A DNA stretch of 64,000 bases from Syntrophobacteraceae bacterium (GTDB lineage Bacteria > Desulfobacterota > Syntrophobacteria > Syntrophobacterales > Syntrophobacteraceae): positions 3,668-67,667 of the forward strand of contig JALOPI010000014.1 in assembly GCA_025453975.1 (NCBI GenBank). The letters are read 5' to 3'. Both the position numbers and the translations under genes were made by a program. The stretch's first letter is position 1, and each line of letters starts with the position of its first letter. The notes under the pieces were generated by a model that ran no database searches, was not told where the DNA came from, and saw nothing but the letters and a program-made list of their open reading frames with translations. This document shows positions 18,946 through 28,168 of this stretch, in pieces.

Positions 18946-19839
18946 TCAGCGGCTCCTGGCCCTCCAGCGATCCCGGACCAGGGGGACCGTCAGGCAGACG
19001 ACCACCAGGACGGCGGTGATGAGATTGAGGTCGCTGGGCGTCAGCCGCAGCATGCCGAACTGGGCCGAAAGGGCCAGGGTGATGGCCAGGCGGTAAACGA
19101 TGGAGCCGCAGAGGGCGCTCAGGGTCTGCCTGCCCACCGTCCGCCCCCCCAGCAGACTCTCTCCCAGAATGACCGACGCCAGGCCCGCCACGATGGTCCC
19201 GATCCCCATGCCCACATCGGCGAACCCCTGGCTCTGGGCCACCAGGCCCCCGGCCAGGGCCACGAGCCCGTTGGAAAGGCTCACCCCCAGGAGGATCATG
19301 CTGTCCGTGCTCACCCCCTGAGCCCGGATCATCTGGGGGTTGTCCCCCGTCGCCCGGAGAGCCATGCCGGCCTGGGTGTGGAGAAACCAGTCCAGGATGA
19401 GCTTCCAGACCCCGGCGATGACCAGGAACACCAGGGGGATGAGGAGGTGCCTGGGGACCCCCTCCAGGGCCAGAACGTCGAAAATGGTCACCTGCCCCAG
19501 GAGAGGCAGATTGGGGCGCCCCATGATGCGGAGATTGATGGAGTAGAGCGCGGTCATGGTGATGATGCTGGCGAGGAGGCTCATGATATGCAGCCTGGTC
19601 GAGAGCAGCGCCGTCGCGCACCCCGCCAGGGCCCCCGCCATCATGGCGAAAAACATGCTCAGGAAAGGGTCCATGCCCTGGATGATGAGGGTGGCGGAGA
19701 CGGCGGCCCCCAGGGGCAGGGATCCATCCACCGTGAGATCCGGGAAATCCAGGACCCGAAAGGTCAGGTAAACCCCCAGGACCATCAGGGCGAAGACCAG
19801 CCCCTGCTCCAACGATCCCATGAAGCTGTAAAATGTCAT
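18946..19839 (-). CDS. ABC transporter permease
   Basis: 297-aa polytopic hydrophobic ORF, co-directional with and adjacent to the ATPase. Its ATG overlaps the stop of the upstream binding-protein gene (TAATG). Confidence 0.85.
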   Translation of the reverse strand: MTFYSFMGSLEQGLVFALMVLGVYLTFRVLDFPDLTVDGSLPLGAAVSATLIIQGMDPFLSMFFAMMAGALAGCATALLSTRLHIMSLLASIITMTALYSINLRIMGRPNLPLLGQVTIFDVLALEGVPRHLLIPLVFLVIAGVWKLILDWFLHTQAGMALRATGDNPQMIRAQGVSTDSMILLGVSLSNGLVALAGGLVAQSQGFADVGMGIGTIVAGLASVILGESLLGGRTVGRQTLSALCGSIVYRLAITLALSAQFGMLRLTPSDLNLITAVLVVVCLTVPLVRDRWRARSR

Positions 19840-20804
19840 TACAGTGTCTTGTCGGCCCGCTTCAGAACCGCTTCAGGCAGCGTGACCCCCATCTTCATGG
19901 CGGCCTTGGGATTGACGACCAGCTTCAGGTCCTTGAGGGTTTCGATCGGCATCGTCCCGGGCTGAGCCCCCTTGAGGATTCGAGCGGCCATCTCGCCGCT
20001 CTGCCGGCCCAGTCGATAATAGTCGATGGCGAGGGCGGCGACGGCTCCACGCGGTACCGAATCGATGTCCGCCGCGTAGAGCGGAATCCGGCTTTCCTCG
20101 CAGACTTTCACGACGGCCTCGAATGCCGAAACCACCGTGTTGTCCGTCGGGATGTGGATGGCATCGACCCTCCCCACGAGGCTCCTGGCGGCCATGAGCA
20201 CACCGCTGGAGCTGCTGACGGTGGCCTCCACCACCTCGACGCCCTGTTTGGCGGCCTCCGCCTGGAGCTGCTTGAGGGAGGAGACCGAATTGTCCTCGCC
20301 GGCATTGTAGATGAATCCCAGTTTTCGGATCTTGGGCTGGATCTCCCGCATCAGCTCCATCTGGCGATCCACGGGGCTTCGGTCCGTCGTCCCCGTCACG
20401 TTGCCGCCGGGCTGATCCAGGCTTTTGACGAGTCCCGCTCCCACCGGATCGGTGACGGAGGAAATGACGATGGGAATCGTCTGGGTGGCATTGGCGCAGG
20501 CCTGGGAAGTGGGTGTGGCGATGGAGTGGATGAGGTCCACGCTCTTCCCCACGAAAGCCTTGGCGATGCTGTTGGCCGTCGCCATGTTGCCCTGAGCGAT
20601 CTGCACGTCGAAAGTCATGTTCTGACCATCGACATAGCCGGCATCCTTGAGGGAATCGATGAATCCCTGGCGAGCGGCATCGAGGGCGGGATGCTCCACG
20701 ATCTGAGAAATGCCGATGGTGATCTTTCTCTCTTCGGCGGCCCAGCCCACGGCGGCAAAACCGATCAAGATCCCCAAGCACAACATGGTCCTGGCTGCTT
20801 TCAT
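19839..20804 (-). CDS. ABC transporter substrate-binding protein (ABC_sub_bind / COG2984-like)
   Basis: ATG 20804 is preceded by GGAGAGGAA. Signal peptide MKAARTMLCLGILIGFAAVGWA, then ITIGISQIVEHPALDAARQGF, typical of this SBP family. Confidence 0.85.
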   Translation of the reverse strand: MKAARTMLCLGILIGFAAVGWAAEERKITIGISQIVEHPALDAARQGFIDSLKDAGYVDGQNMTFDVQIAQGNMATANSIAKAFVGKSVDLIHSIATPTSQACANATQTIPIVISSVTDPVGAGLVKSLDQPGGNVTGTTDRSPVDRQMELMREIQPKIRKLGFIYNAGEDNSVSSLKQLQAEAAKQGVEVVEATVSSSSGVLMAARSLVGRVDAIHIPTDNTVVSAFEAVVKVCEESRIPLYAADIDSVPRGAVAALAIDYYRLGRQSGEMAARILKGAQPGTMPIETLKDLKLVVNPKAAMKMGVTLPEAVLKRADKTL

Positions 20805-21068
20805 GGCTTCCTCTCCCCTGGAATGGTATCCCAAAACCGCGCGGATGAAGGCTTTCGTCGCTCTCCCCACCACCCCGAGCGGGCCTGGTCAGGGCTCGTC
20901 ACCCTGCCCCACCCGCCTTCGGGGCTGGCCCCGGCCCGGAGCCCCGGAGCGGCCCTCATTGGCCTAATAACAAGGGGCCGATCATTTCGCAACAGCAACT
21001 TTAACGGGATTTGCCATGAGCCCCCGGTCCCCGGGACTTCCGGGGAGAGGGATCGGGGCCGCCAGGGA

Positions 21069-21114
21069 CGCTCTCATCCGGCGGGAATGATTCTGCTTCC
21101 CGGGAGCGTTTTTT
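21069..21114 (+). terminator. rho-independent terminator-like element with no upstream plus-strand CDS (orphan)
   Basis: CGCTC(21069-73) pairs with GAGCG(21104-08), and CGGGAA(21082-87) pairs with TTCCCG(21097-21102), around a 9-nt loop. A T6 run (21109-21114) follows directly. It lies in the 524-nt divergent intergenic region. Confidence 0.45.
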
Positions 21115-21328
21115 CATGGAGGGATCCCCCCTTTCGGACCGATCTTCCTTGTGAAGGTCATGCTCCGGACGGCCATGATCGGGAACATCGAGGCCTCGCC
21201 CAGACTGGCCCGACTTTTGCCTATGGTGAGTATGAAAACTGGAGCAGCCATCACATCATCGGCAAGGGAGCTGCTTGAGACAGCCATGAAGATTGAGACC
21301 GGAATTCAGCCATTCAGGAGAATCTCCC

Positions 21329-21748
21329 ATGAATCCCACGGCGTGCCCACCCGTCACCAGCACATCGGATATTCCACGCAGGGTATTGTGCCAGCACTAC
21401 TCTCACTGCCTGGACGTCGCCATCCTCAAAGGCTGGCCCGGTTTCTCCTGCGAGCAATGCCAGCGCTATGAGCTGGAGCCCCAGATGGATGCGGATTACT
21501 GGAAGGAGCAGGCAGGCCGATGTCGATTGCTGCTGGTGGATATCTTCGCTCCCAAGCCCAGATCCCGTCGGCGCAGGCCTCCTCCCTTTCCAGGCAATCC
21601 CCATGAACTGCCCGCCTCGGCAGGGCACGGCCGCCTTGACCCCAAGGATCTCTGGCTGAAAGACGGCATGGATGACGGCACCGCCCGGTTGCCCGAAGCG
21701 TTTCTGGCCCACCTGATGCTCCTCTGGGAAAACCGGCTTCATGAATGA
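21329..21748 (+). CDS. hypothetical Cys-rich protein
   Basis: ATG 21329 is preceded by AGGAGAA. Product MNPTACPP...RVLCQHYSHCLDVAILKGWPGFSCEQCQRYE... has a CxxxxxC...CxxC cluster followed by a basic or Pro-rich stretch. I recognise no family. Confidence 0.45.
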   Translation: MNPTACPPVTSTSDIPRRVLCQHYSHCLDVAILKGWPGFSCEQCQRYELEPQMDADYWKEQAGRCRLLLVDIFAPKPRSRRRRPPPFPGNPHELPASAGHGRLDPKDLWLKDGMDDGTARLPEAFLAHLMLLWENRLHE

Positions 21749-22259
21749 ATGAGGAGGGACCAGGGCGCGCCGGCGCGCAGGCTGTCCTGCCTCGCACCCC
21801 CCCCCGAACTGGTCCACCGCCCGAAAACGGTATGATGGAGGTCGAGCTGCTCGACCCCGTCCCGCCGATCCTCACCCTCCGAGACCTGGATGCCCCCTGC
21901 GAGCACACCAGGTGACATGCCGGCTCCCCTGTCCTTCAGGGAGTCCGGTGCTGCCCGCCATGCCGTCGACAGATTCTTGACGGAGGGCCTTCCCGAGGCG
22001 GCACCGTGCCCTATGTTGAGCCCTCGGCCATGAATGGGAGCACGCTCCTCTTCATCCCCCGTTCCTCGATCCTTCCCTCGTGGTCCCGCCATGAACCGCG
22101 ACCCTCAGCAGCGGTTGCAGCTTATCCTTGAATGATCGGTGAATTCGGAGTAAAGGCGGGTCAGGTATGCAGCCCGGCAGGTGCTCCACGGATCAAAGGG
22201 GCTGATTCCTGTCTGTCACTCACGAGCCATTGGCGATCTCACCAGGGAGGAGGGGAAAA

Positions 22260-22706
22260 ATGATAAAAGAATTCAAAGAATTCGCAATGAAGGGCAACGT
22301 GGTGGACATGGCGGTGGGTATCATCATCGGCGGCGCGTTCGGCACCATCGTCAAGAGTCTGGTGGACAACGTGCTCATGCCGCCCATCGGCCTCCTGCTG
22401 GGAGGCATGGACTTCTCCGGTCTTTTCATCCTGCTGAAGGAGGGCAAAACTCCCGGTCCCTACCATACCCTGGCCGAGGCACAGACGGCGGGGGCCGTGT
22501 CGCTGAACTACGGTCTGTTCCTGAATGCGGTCATCAGCTTCATCATCGTAGCCTTCGCCCTGTTCATGCTCATCAAGGGGATGAACCAGCTTCGGCGCGA
22601 GCAGGCGGCCCCGGCGGCGGAGCCCACCACCAAGGACTGTCCCTTCTGCCACACGGCGATTCCCATCCCGGCCACGCGCTGCCCCAACTGCACATCTCAG
22701 CTTTGA
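22260..22706 (+). CDS. mscL: large-conductance mechanosensitive channel
   Basis: [44 protein letters not shown] is the canonical MscL N-terminus. GGGAGGAGGGG SD upstream. There is an extra C-terminal CPFC...CPNC Zn-ribbon-like tail. Confidence 0.9.
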   Translation: MIKEFKEFAMKGNVVDMAVGIIIGGAFGTIVKSLVDNVLMPPIGLLLGGMDFSGLFILLKEGKTPGPYHTLAEAQTAGAVSLNYGLFLNAVISFIIVAFALFMLIKGMNQLRREQAAPAAEPTTKDCPFCHTAIPIPATRCPNCTSQL

Positions 22707-22735
22707 TCCTTCACGGGACGCCGCTCGGAGGACCG

Positions 22736-22775
22736 GGTGGCGTCACCCCCCGGGAAGAGATAAGGGGGTGCCACC
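22736..22775 (+). terminator. possible mscL terminator hairpin (weak U-tract)
   Basis: GGTGGCGTCACCCCC ... GGGGGTGCCACC forms an imperfect stem 30 nt after the mscL stop. It is followed only by CCGTTTCC. Confidence 0.3.
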
Positions 22776-22983
22776 CCGTTTCCTCATCGCTTCCCTCGCC
22801 GCTCCTGGCGTTTTCTTCAGGGGATCCCCGTCCTGGAACGATTCTTGTTTAAACCTGGGGGGCAACGCCCCAGCAGGCACGCCGTGCCCGAGGCACGGAC
22901 AGAAGGCCATGTCAGTGGTGCATCTGGATGCCCGCATCGATGGCTTTCAGTGAACAGGAACCGTCAACGAGGAAAGGACCCCC

Positions 22984-24111
22984 ATGGGCAGCAACAATGT
23001 CGTTTTCCTGGAAGTCATCGAGTGGCTGGACCCCACGGGGAAGGCCATGGTACAGCGGATTCCCGAGGAAGGATCGGGAGAGATCAAGTTCGGCGCCCAG
23101 CTCGTGGTGCGAGAGAGCCAGGCCGCCGTCTTCTTTTACAACGGCAAGGCTTACGGCGCCTTCGGAGCCGGCCGCCACACTCTCAAAACCGGCAACATCC
23201 CCCTCCTGACCAAGGTGCTGAGCCTTCCCTGGGGCATGACCAGCCCCCTTCGGGCCGAAGTTTACTTCGTCAACCTGAAAGTGTTCACGAATCTCAAGTG
23301 GGGCACACGGGATCCCGTGGCTTTCAAGGACTCCCGCCTCGGGCTCATCCGGCTGCGGGCCTTCGGTGTTTTCAACGTGCGGGTGGCCCAGCCCATACTG
23401 CTCATCAACAGCCTGGTGGGGACCCAGGGGCTCTACACGACGGAAGAGATCGAGGAATACCTCAACCGGGTCATCGTGTCGCGCTTGAACGACCATCTCG
23501 GAGAGAAGCTGGATTCCCTCCTCGACCTTCCCGGCCAGTACGACGACCTTTCCGCCGGCCTCGCGGCCCGCCTGCGGGAGGATTTCGGGCATTTCGGGCT
23601 CGAGCTCTCGCAGATATACATCAACGCCATCACGCCGCCCCCCGAAGTGCAGCAGGCCATCGACGACAAGAGCCGTCTGGCCGTTTTCGACGACCTCAAC
23701 CGGCTCATGCAGATGAAGATGGCCATGGCAGTCGAGACCGCTTCCGCCAGTCAAGGGGAGGCGGGAGCCGGCCTCGGGATGGGACTGGGCATGCTGATGC
23801 CGGCCGTGGCGGGACAGTGGATGAATCGGGCCCCTGCCCAAGGTGGTCCGGGCGGTGGAGCGGCGTGCCCGGAGTGCGCACAGGCCATCCCCGGCGACTC
23901 CCGCTTCTGCCTCCACTGCGGCCATCAGCTGCTCATCGTCAGCCGCTGCGGCCAGTGCGGCAAGAACCTGCCCCCCCACGCCCATTTCTGCTCGCGATGC
24001 GGACAGGCCGCGGAGGTCAAGCCAGAGCCCAGGAAATGCGGCCAGTGTGCCTCGGAGAACCTTCCCGAGGCGGTGTTCTGCAACCAGTGCGGCGAACGGC
24101 TGCAGCCATGA
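22984..24111 (+). CDS. SPFH (stomatin/prohibitin/flotillin/HflKC)-domain protein with C-terminal multiple zinc ribbons (YdjI / COG4260-like)
   Basis: 375-aa ORF. The N-terminal ~270 aa match the YdjI-type SPFH pattern as I recall it (VIEWLDPTG..., AVFFYNGKA..., AEVYFVNLK...). The C-terminus has CPECAQ..FCLHCG, CGQCGK..FCSRCG and CGQCAS..FCNQCG. GAGGAAAGGA SD upstream. Confidence 0.8.
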   Translation: MGSNNVVFLEVIEWLDPTGKAMVQRIPEEGSGEIKFGAQLVVRESQAAVFFYNGKAYGAFGAGRHTLKTGNIPLLTKVLSLPWGMTSPLRAEVYFVNLKVFTNLKWGTRDPVAFKDSRLGLIRLRAFGVFNVRVAQPILLINSLVGTQGLYTTEEIEEYLNRVIVSRLNDHLGEKLDSLLDLPGQYDDLSAGLAARLREDFGHFGLELSQIYINAITPPPEVQQAIDDKSRLAVFDDLNRLMQMKMAMAVETASASQGEAGAGLGMGLGMLMPAVAGQWMNRAPAQGGPGGGAACPECAQAIPGDSRFCLHCGHQLLIVSRCGQCGKNLPPHAHFCSRCGQAAEVKPEPRKCGQCASENLPEAVFCNQCGERLQP

Positions 24112-25364
24112 CCCCGGATATCCCCGTCGAGCTTCAATGCCCCCAGTGCGGAGGGCCCGTCACCCTCGAGGAGAGCGACCGCATCCTCTCCTGCGGCTTT
24201 TGCCGGGTGCGCCTCTGCCTGGCTTTTCAGGGCCCGGCCAGCTATCGGCTGACCACCCCCGATCTGCCCGAGGACGGACTCCATTACGTGCCATACTGGC
24301 GCTACCGGGGGATGACCTTCTCCGTTCAGGATCTGGAAATCCAGCACCGGGTCGCAGACAGCTCCCTCCTGGCCATAACCAGCCGAGACCTGCCGCCAAC
24401 GCTGGGCTTCCGGCCCCAGGTGCTCAAGCTCAAGCCGATAGGCTCCTCCAAGGGAAACCATTTCTGCAAGCCCCGGCACACCTTCGGCGAGGCCCGCGCC
24501 AGGGCCGGCGCTGCTCACTCCCCGAAGATCACTCCAGAAGATGAGCCACCAGCACGGAAGGCTTTCGAGGTGCTCATTGGCGAGTCGGTGCAGCTGATCT
24601 ATGCGCCAGTGATCCCTGCGGAAGACGGGCTTTGGGACCCCGTGGTCCGACGCCCCCTCGGTGGGGGCGCGGCGGGAGCCGACGCCCTGAGGCGGCTGGA
24701 GCTGAATCAGAATATGGGGAGCTCCATCCACTTTCTTCCCATGATGTGTCCCCAATGCGGCTGGGATCTGGCGGGGGAGAAGGACACCCTGGTCCCCGTC
24801 TGCCGAAACTGCCACACCCTGTGGGACACCGGTCAGGGTCGCCTGAAGGAGCTTCCTTTCGGCGTGGCGTCCTCCCAAGGAGCCGGAGATCTCCACCTGC
24901 CGTTCTGGAAGATCCGGGCCGAGGTGCCGCGGCTCCAGCTTGCGACGCGGGCCGACCTCATCCGGCTTGCCAACGCCCCCAGGGTGGTCCGGGCGGGCAT
25001 GGAGAACGAAAGCCTCGAATACTACATTCCGGCCTTCAAGGTACACCCCCAGCTCTTCCTCCGCCTCGCGCGATCATTCACCCTGATCCAGCCGGCCGGC
25101 GAGCCGGCCCGGGAGCTTCCCAGGTCACCCCTCCACCCCGTCACCCTGCCCCTGGAAGAGGCTTTGGAGGTCCTCCCCATCCTGGTGGGGTCCTTCGCCG
25201 TGCCCAAAAAGACCTATCTGCCCCGGCTTGGGGAGCTGCGCTTTCAGCACATTGAATCCGAGCTGGTTTTCTTCCCCTTCGATCTCAGGGGCTCAGAGCT
25301 GATCCAGCCTGGAATCGGCATGAGCATCAGCCGGAACGCCCTCGACATGGGCCGCCTGATCTGA
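24108..25364 (+). CDS. hypothetical protein with two zinc-ribbon-headed repeated modules
   Basis: ATG 24108 overlaps the SPFH stop (ATGA). Module 1 is CPQCGGPV..SCGFC...HYVPYWRYRG. Module 2 is CPQCGWDL..VCRNC...LHLPFWKIRA. The 5' 420 codons of track ORF 22845-25364 are rejected as out-of-frame overlap. Confidence 0.65.
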   Translation: MTPDIPVELQCPQCGGPVTLEESDRILSCGFCRVRLCLAFQGPASYRLTTPDLPEDGLHYVPYWRYRGMTFSVQDLEIQHRVADSSLLAITSRDLPPTLGFRPQVLKLKPIGSSKGNHFCKPRHTFGEARARAGAAHSPKITPEDEPPARKAFEVLIGESVQLIYAPVIPAEDGLWDPVVRRPLGGGAAGADALRRLELNQNMGSSIHFLPMMCPQCGWDLAGEKDTLVPVCRNCHTLWDTGQGRLKELPFGVASSQGAGDLHLPFWKIRAEVPRLQLATRADLIRLANAPRVVRAGMENESLEYYIPAFKVHPQLFLRLARSFTLIQPAGEPARELPRSPLHPVTLPLEEALEVLPILVGSFAVPKKTYLPRLGELRFQHIESELVFFPFDLRGSELIQPGIGMSISRNALDMGRLI

Positions 25365-25470
25365 CATTTTCCGTCCTGAAGGACTGCATGGCGCTGGTGA
25401 GCTGGATCAAGAGCCGGTCCAGGGACTCACCCGGTCAGAAAGACCCCTGAATACGAAAGGAAGGCATTGC

Positions 25471-26391
25471 ATGAAAATGCTCTTCACCTCGGATACTCAC
25501 GTCTACCCTGGACATCTGAAACGTCTCCTCAAGGCCGCCGCCCACCTCCGGCCCGACATCGTGGTCCTGGGAGGGGACCTCATCCCCGACTGGCGTCGGA
25601 CCATCCGGGATTCCATTCCATCCCACCAGGCCTGGGCCCGGGAAAAGCTTCTGCCCGCCGTCGAAAATTTCCGCCGGACCCATCCCGAGATCCGAGTTTT
25701 TCTCGATCTCGGCAACGATGACCTGGCTGCGGCGGGTCCCCTGTTGGAATCGAGAGACGGGATCGACTTCGAGCTGCTCCACGGGCGCGTGGTGGAAATC
25801 TCCCCGCAATTGGCTCTGGTGGGCTACATGGCCGTGAGCCCGACCCCCTTTGGCATCAAGGACCGCGAGAAGCCGGACTGCAGGGATTGGACGGGCTTGA
25901 GCATTCCAGGGGTTCGGAAGGAGGGGGAGACCACCGTCTCGGGGACCGCCGCATCCTGCACGCTGGACCCCGCGGACGGCACCATGGAAGACGACCTCGA
26001 CGGGCTTTCGGACGTGCTGGGCAGTTCGAGCTGGAAATCGCACGACTTCCTCTTCGTCAGTCACTGCCCACCCCGCGGCACCGCACTGGATCTGACGTCC
26101 ATGCATGCCCACGTGGGGAGTCTCGCCGTACGCCGGTTCATCGAGGGATGGGCCGCATCGGGGAGGCTGCGGGCTTCATTCCACGGCCACATTCACGAGT
26201 CCCCCCGGATGTCCGGCAGGGTGATGGAACCTTTCGGCTCCGTACCCGCCTTCAATGTGGGCCAGGAAATGGACCTCCTCCATGCGCTCTTCCTGGAAAC
26301 GGACCATCCCATGGCCTCCGCCCGCATCGTGACCGTGGACCGCTCGGGCCTGCCGAAGCTTCGAGTCATCTCGTCAGGTGGCGATACTTGA
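25471..26391 (+). CDS. metallophosphoesterase (calcineurin-like)
   Basis: MKMLFTSDTHVYPGH (DxH motif), VVLGGDLIPD (GDxxD), LDLGNDD (GNH/D-like) and SFHGHIHES (GHxH). Confidence 0.8.
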   Translation: MKMLFTSDTHVYPGHLKRLLKAAAHLRPDIVVLGGDLIPDWRRTIRDSIPSHQAWAREKLLPAVENFRRTHPEIRVFLDLGNDDLAAAGPLLESRDGIDFELLHGRVVEISPQLALVGYMAVSPTPFGIKDREKPDCRDWTGLSIPGVRKEGETTVSGTAASCTLDPADGTMEDDLDGLSDVLGSSSWKSHDFLFVSHCPPRGTALDLTSMHAHVGSLAVRRFIEGWAASGRLRASFHGHIHESPRMSGRVMEPFGSVPAFNVGQEMDLLHALFLETDHPMASARIVTVDRSGLPKLRVISSGGDT

Positions 26392-28048
26392 TGCGGTGGG
26401 GCTGGTCGGCATCGGCACCCAGGCGTGCCTTGCGGTCGATCTCGTATTCCGTGTAGTTGCCGTCGAAATAAACCACCTGACTGTCTCCCTCGAAAGCCAG
26501 GATGTGGGTGGCGATGCGGTCAAGGAACCACCGGTCGTGGCTGATGACGACGGCGCAGCCCGCGAAGTTGAGGAGCGCCTCCTCCAGGGCCCGCATGGTG
26601 TTGACGTCCAGGTCGTTGGTGGGCTCGTCCAGCAGGATGACATTGGCCCCGGCCTTGAGGATCCGCGCCAGGTGAACCCGGTTGCGCTCTCCCCCCGAAA
26701 GTATTCCCACCTTCTTCTGCTGGTCCGCCCCCGTGAAGTTGAACCGGGCGGCGTAGGCCCGGGCCTTGACGGTGCGGTTTCCCAGCTGGATGGCGTCCTC
26801 GCCGTCGGAGATGACTTCCCAGACCTGCTTTTCGGGGTCCAGAACATCCCGGGTCTGCTCGACATAGGCCAGCTTCACCGTTTGCCCCAGGACGAATTCG
26901 CCCGAATCCGGCTTCTCCTCCCCCGTGATCATGCGGAAGAGCGTCGTCTTGCCGGCGCCGTTGGGGCCGATGACGCCGACAATGCCCCCGGGGGGGAGCA
27001 TGAAGGAGAGATTCTCCATGAGCAGCCGATCCCCGTAAGCCTTGGAGACGCTTCGCGCCTCGATGACCACATCGCCCAGGCGCGGTCCCGGCGGAACGTA
27101 GATCTCAAGGTCCTTCATCCCCTTGTCGCTGTCCTGCTTGAGCAGGGTCTCGTAAGCGCTGATGCGGGCCTTGGACTTGGCGTGCCTCCCCCTCGGGGAC
27201 ATGCGCACCCACTCCAGCTCCCGCTCCAGGGTCTTCTGCCGCTCGGTCTCGGCCTTCTCCTCCCGCCGCAGACGCTCCTGCTTCTGCTCGAGCCAGGACG
27301 AGTAGTTGCCTTGCCAGGGGATGCCCTGGCCCCGGTCCAGCTCCAGGATCCATTCGGCCACGTTGTCGAGGAAGTAGCGGTCGTGGGTGACGGCGATGAT
27401 GGTCCCCGCGTAGCGCTTGAGATGCTGCTCCAGCCAGCCCACGGTCTCGGCATCCAGGTGGTTGGTGGGCTCGTCCAGGAGGAGGATGTCCGGCGCCTGG
27501 AGCAGCAGCCGGCACAGGGCCACACGCCGCTTCTCGCCCCCCGAGAGGATGCTGACCGGCGTGTCCCCGGGCGGGCACCGCAGGGCGTCCATGGCCATCT
27601 CGAGCCGGGAATCCAGATCCCATCCGTCGGAGGCATCCAGCTTTTCCTGGACTTCGCCCTGCCGGTCGATGAGCTTCTGCATCTCGTCGTCCGACATGGG
27701 CTCGGCGAACTTCTCGTTGATGCGGTTGAACTCATTCAGCAGGTCCACCGACTCCTGGACCCCCTCCTCGACGATCTCACGCACGGTTCTGGCCTCATCC
27801 ACCAGGGGCTCCTGCTCCAGGAACCCGATGGTGAAGCCCGGAGAGACCACCGTCTTGCCGTTGAAGTCCTTGTCCACTCCCGCCAGGATCCGCAGAAGCG
27901 AGCTTTTCCCCGACCCGTTCAGGCCCAGCACTCCGATCTTGGCGCCGTAAAAGTAGGAGAGATAGATGTCCTTCAGGATGGGGCGCTTGTCGTGGAACTT
28001 GCTCACTCCCACCATGGAGTAGATGACCTTGTTGGCTTCAGTGCTCAT
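26366..28048 (-). CDS. ettA: energy-dependent translational throttle protein EttA (ABC-F ATPase)
   Basis: 560-aa ORF with two ABC cassettes (GLNGSGKSS / LSGGEKRRVAL and GPNGAGKTT / LSGGERNRVHL). The N-terminus VIYSMVGVSKFHDKRPILKDIYLSYFYGAKIGVLG is typical of EttA. Confidence 0.9.
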   Translation of the reverse strand: MSTEANKVIYSMVGVSKFHDKRPILKDIYLSYFYGAKIGVLGLNGSGKSSLLRILAGVDKDFNGKTVVSPGFTIGFLEQEPLVDEARTVREIVEEGVQESVDLLNEFNRINEKFAEPMSDDEMQKLIDRQGEVQEKLDASDGWDLDSRLEMAMDALRCPPGDTPVSILSGGEKRRVALCRLLLQAPDILLLDEPTNHLDAETVGWLEQHLKRYAGTIIAVTHDRYFLDNVAEWILELDRGQGIPWQGNYSSWLEQKQERLRREEKAETERQKTLERELEWVRMSPRGRHAKSKARISAYETLLKQDSDKGMKDLEIYVPPGPRLGDVVIEARSVSKAYGDRLLMENLSFMLPPGGIVGVIGPNGAGKTTLFRMITGEEKPDSGEFVLGQTVKLAYVEQTRDVLDPEKQVWEVISDGEDAIQLGNRTVKARAYAARFNFTGADQQKKVGILSGGERNRVHLARILKAGANVILLDEPTNDLDVNTMRALEEALLNFAGCAVVISHDRWFLDRIATHILAFEGDSQVVYFDGNYTEYEIDRKARLGADADQPHRIKYRHLTR

Positions 28049-28168
28049 TCAAATCCTCCGAAAATGCCTGGGGGAGGTAAGAACGGTTTCTGGCTACCCG
28101 TTCCCGTTGCCCAGGGATAGCCGATGCCGACAACCGGAAGGTTGATGCCGGGCGCCTGGAAAGAGTTT

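Noticed and set aside
18235-19965. 576-aa plus-strand ORF. The same class includes 26378-28120, 28679-30712, 34668-36635, 37499-39721 and 49203-51047 (all plus), and 15603-17438, 41117-42820 and 51349-53391 (all minus).
   Set aside because: Each is antisense to, or out of frame with, a gene that has strong family motifs. All have biased Arg/Gly/Pro/His/Asp composition. I treat them as shadow ORFs of GC-rich coding DNA.
21739-22092. 117-aa minus-strand ORF, and the overlapping ORFs 21426-21908 and 21314-21817, in the gap before mscL
   Set aside because: Their products are Gly/Arg/Pro-rich with no motifs and no SD. They partly overlap the better-supported plus-strand ORF 21329-21748.
22845-24107. 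N-terminal 420 codons of the 839-aa track ORF 22845-25364
   Set aside because: This part is out of frame and overlaps the SPFH gene, with an Arg/Pro/Gly-rich product. The real gene starts at ATG 24108, which overlaps the SPFH stop.
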